NCBI GenBank assembly: GCA_964252035.1
Contig: OZ176201.1
From: Podarcis erhardii
Lineage: Eukaryota
DNA length: 64,000 bases
Direction: 5' to 3' (one strand)
The position numbers were made by a program, and so were the translations under genes. The notes under the pieces are model-generated. The model was given only the letters and a program-made list of their open reading frames with translations, was not told the origin of the DNA and did no database searches. Below are positions 62,943 through 64,000 of this stretch, one piece after another. Numbering within the stretch: position 1 is the stretch's first letter; each line of letters starts with the position of its first letter.

Positions 62943-64000
62943 TCCACCTCCCCCCCAGGGCCCCCTTCACCCCCTCCCGCCTCCTCTCCCACTGGCGGTG
63001 AGGGCGGAAAGCCCCTGAAGGAACTCTCCTCGTCGTCCGAGGATTCTAACACTTCCGGCCACGGCGTACCGTCTCTCTCCCCGTCTTCCTCTTCTTCGTC
63101 GGAGTCGGCTTCTTCACCCACCCCTGACTCTGGGAACCCTTCAAACTCTCCTTCCTCATCGGTGGTCCCAAAGTGTTCCCTTCTAAATCGAGCCACGGGT
63201 TGCGGTTTTCTTGGGAAACGCTGATGAAATGTTTCTATTAAAACCTCGTCATTGACTACCTCTGCTGGTACCCAAGTGTTTTCCGACTCTGCTTCCCCCT
63301 CCCATTCTACCAGATATTCCACCTGATTTCCCTTCCACCTGGAATCAATGATTCCTGCCACGTTCATGTCGCGCTCTCTCTCTTCTATCACGGGCGTTTG
63401 GGTGGCCTCTCTCTCACGCTCCCCCCACTCGCGTCCCTCTCGGTACGGCGACAGTAATGACCTGTGAAATACTGGGTGTAATTTCATGTGACTGGGCAGC
63501 CTGAGTTTGAATGCCACTGGGTTGACCTGCTGTATGACCTCAAAGGGTCCCAATCTTTTGGGCCTCAATTTCTTACTCCCGCCCTTGAACGGTAGCCCTT
63601 GGGTGGACAACCACACCCGGTCCCCCACCCTTATAGTTTCACCTTCCCTCCTATTTCTGTCTGCTTGCTTCTTATATTCTTCCTTGGCTTTCTCTAAGTT
63701 AAGTTGAAGCTGACGGTGGATCGCCTCCATCTCTTCAAAAAAATATTCCGCCGCCGGCACGCTCCACCTCTCCCCTCCCTCTCCTGGGAATGCCCGGGGG
63801 TGACACCCATAATTTGCCAGGAAGGGACTCATCCCTGTGGACACGTTCTCCGCGTTGTTGTAGGCAAATTCTGCTAGAGGTAACTTATCCACCCAATCAT
63901 TTTCTCTGTCTTTTACATAACACCTCAGGTATTGTTGTAAAATCCCATTTGCCCTTTCCGCTTGCCCATTGGTTTCTGGGTGCCGGGCAGTTGAGAAATT
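62651..64000 (-). CDS. Gypsy pol C-terminus: integrase, chromodomain and acidic/basic tail; 450 open codons to the window edge
   Basis: Track ORF 62651..63892 extends without a stop to position 64000 (NFSTARHPETNG...). Confidence 0.93.
   Translation of the reverse strand, partial: NFSTARHPETNGQAERANGILQQYLRCYVKDRENDWVDKLPLAEFAYNNAENVSTGMSPFLANYGCHPRAFPGEGGERWSVPAAEYFFEEMEAIHRQLQLNLEKAKEEYKKQADRNRREGETIRVGDRVWLSTQGLPFKGGSKKLRPKRLGPFEVIQQVNPVAFKLRLPSHMKLHPVFHRSLLSPYREGREWGEREREATQTPVIEERERDMNVAGIIDSRWKGNQVEYLVEWEGEAESENTWVPAEVVNDEVLIETFHQRFPRKPQPVARFRREHFGTTDEEGEFEGFPESGVGEEADSDEEEEDGERDGTPWPEVLESSDDEESSFRGFPPSPPVGEEAGGGEGGPGGEVDVRELPSERQVVDRLQENRRESAVEEGTSRGSAGVTAEGRLWDASSESSGEVTGPPLGTPTLRRKLSRRESRKRMSVKELLCWRKFRRRPLSDSTSD

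Larger units (their letters stand above)
62547..64000 (-). mobile_element. Ty3/Gypsy chromovirus LTR retrotransposon, 3' part, antisense in an AKAP8L intron; continues beyond the window
   Basis: Integrase core end (STARHPETNGQAERANGILQQYLRCYV...WVDKLPLAEFAYNN), GPF motif (KRLGPFEV...LHPVFH), chromodomain (IIDSRWKGNQVEYLVEWEGE...TWVP), polypurine tract, then a TGTCA LTR start. Confidence 0.95.

Noticed and set aside
62712-63224. 170-aa Ser/Pro-rich + strand ORF opposite the Gypsy pol tail
   Set aside because: The antisense of Glu/Gly codons yields Ser/Pro without stops; there is no independent evidence for it.

Overview
Vertebrate genomic DNA, most likely a squamate reptile and probably a lacertid lizard (inferred from Sauria-SINE, BovB, CR1/L2 and Penelope content). 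The + strand carries a complete-looking WIZ gene. Its long form has 12 coding exons from ATG 1595 to TAG 47921; the exon phases reconcile to 6354 nt (2117 aa, 12 C2H2 fingers). An internal CpG-island first exon (ATG 35126) gives a short isoform. Downstream lie the CpG-island promoter and first three recognisable coding exons of AKAP8L, in the same order as the human WIZ-AKAP8L locus; one AKAP8L intron needs a GC donor. Introns are rich in transposable elements, and the window ends inside a young, ORF-intact Ty3/Gypsy chromovirus on the - strand. Most notable: (1) a Penelope-like inverted repeat carrying two minimal hammerhead-ribozyme cores; (2) a Gypsy integrase tail with two acidic FxGF motifs resembling LEDGF/TFIIS-N-terminal-domain-binding motifs, reading on into the 3' LTR; (3) four phase-compatible antisense exon candidates nested in the first WIZ coding intron; (4) a possible extra WIZ exon or TATA promoter near 17.0-17.5 kb. 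Gene and repeat-family identities come from recalled sequences, not database searches.
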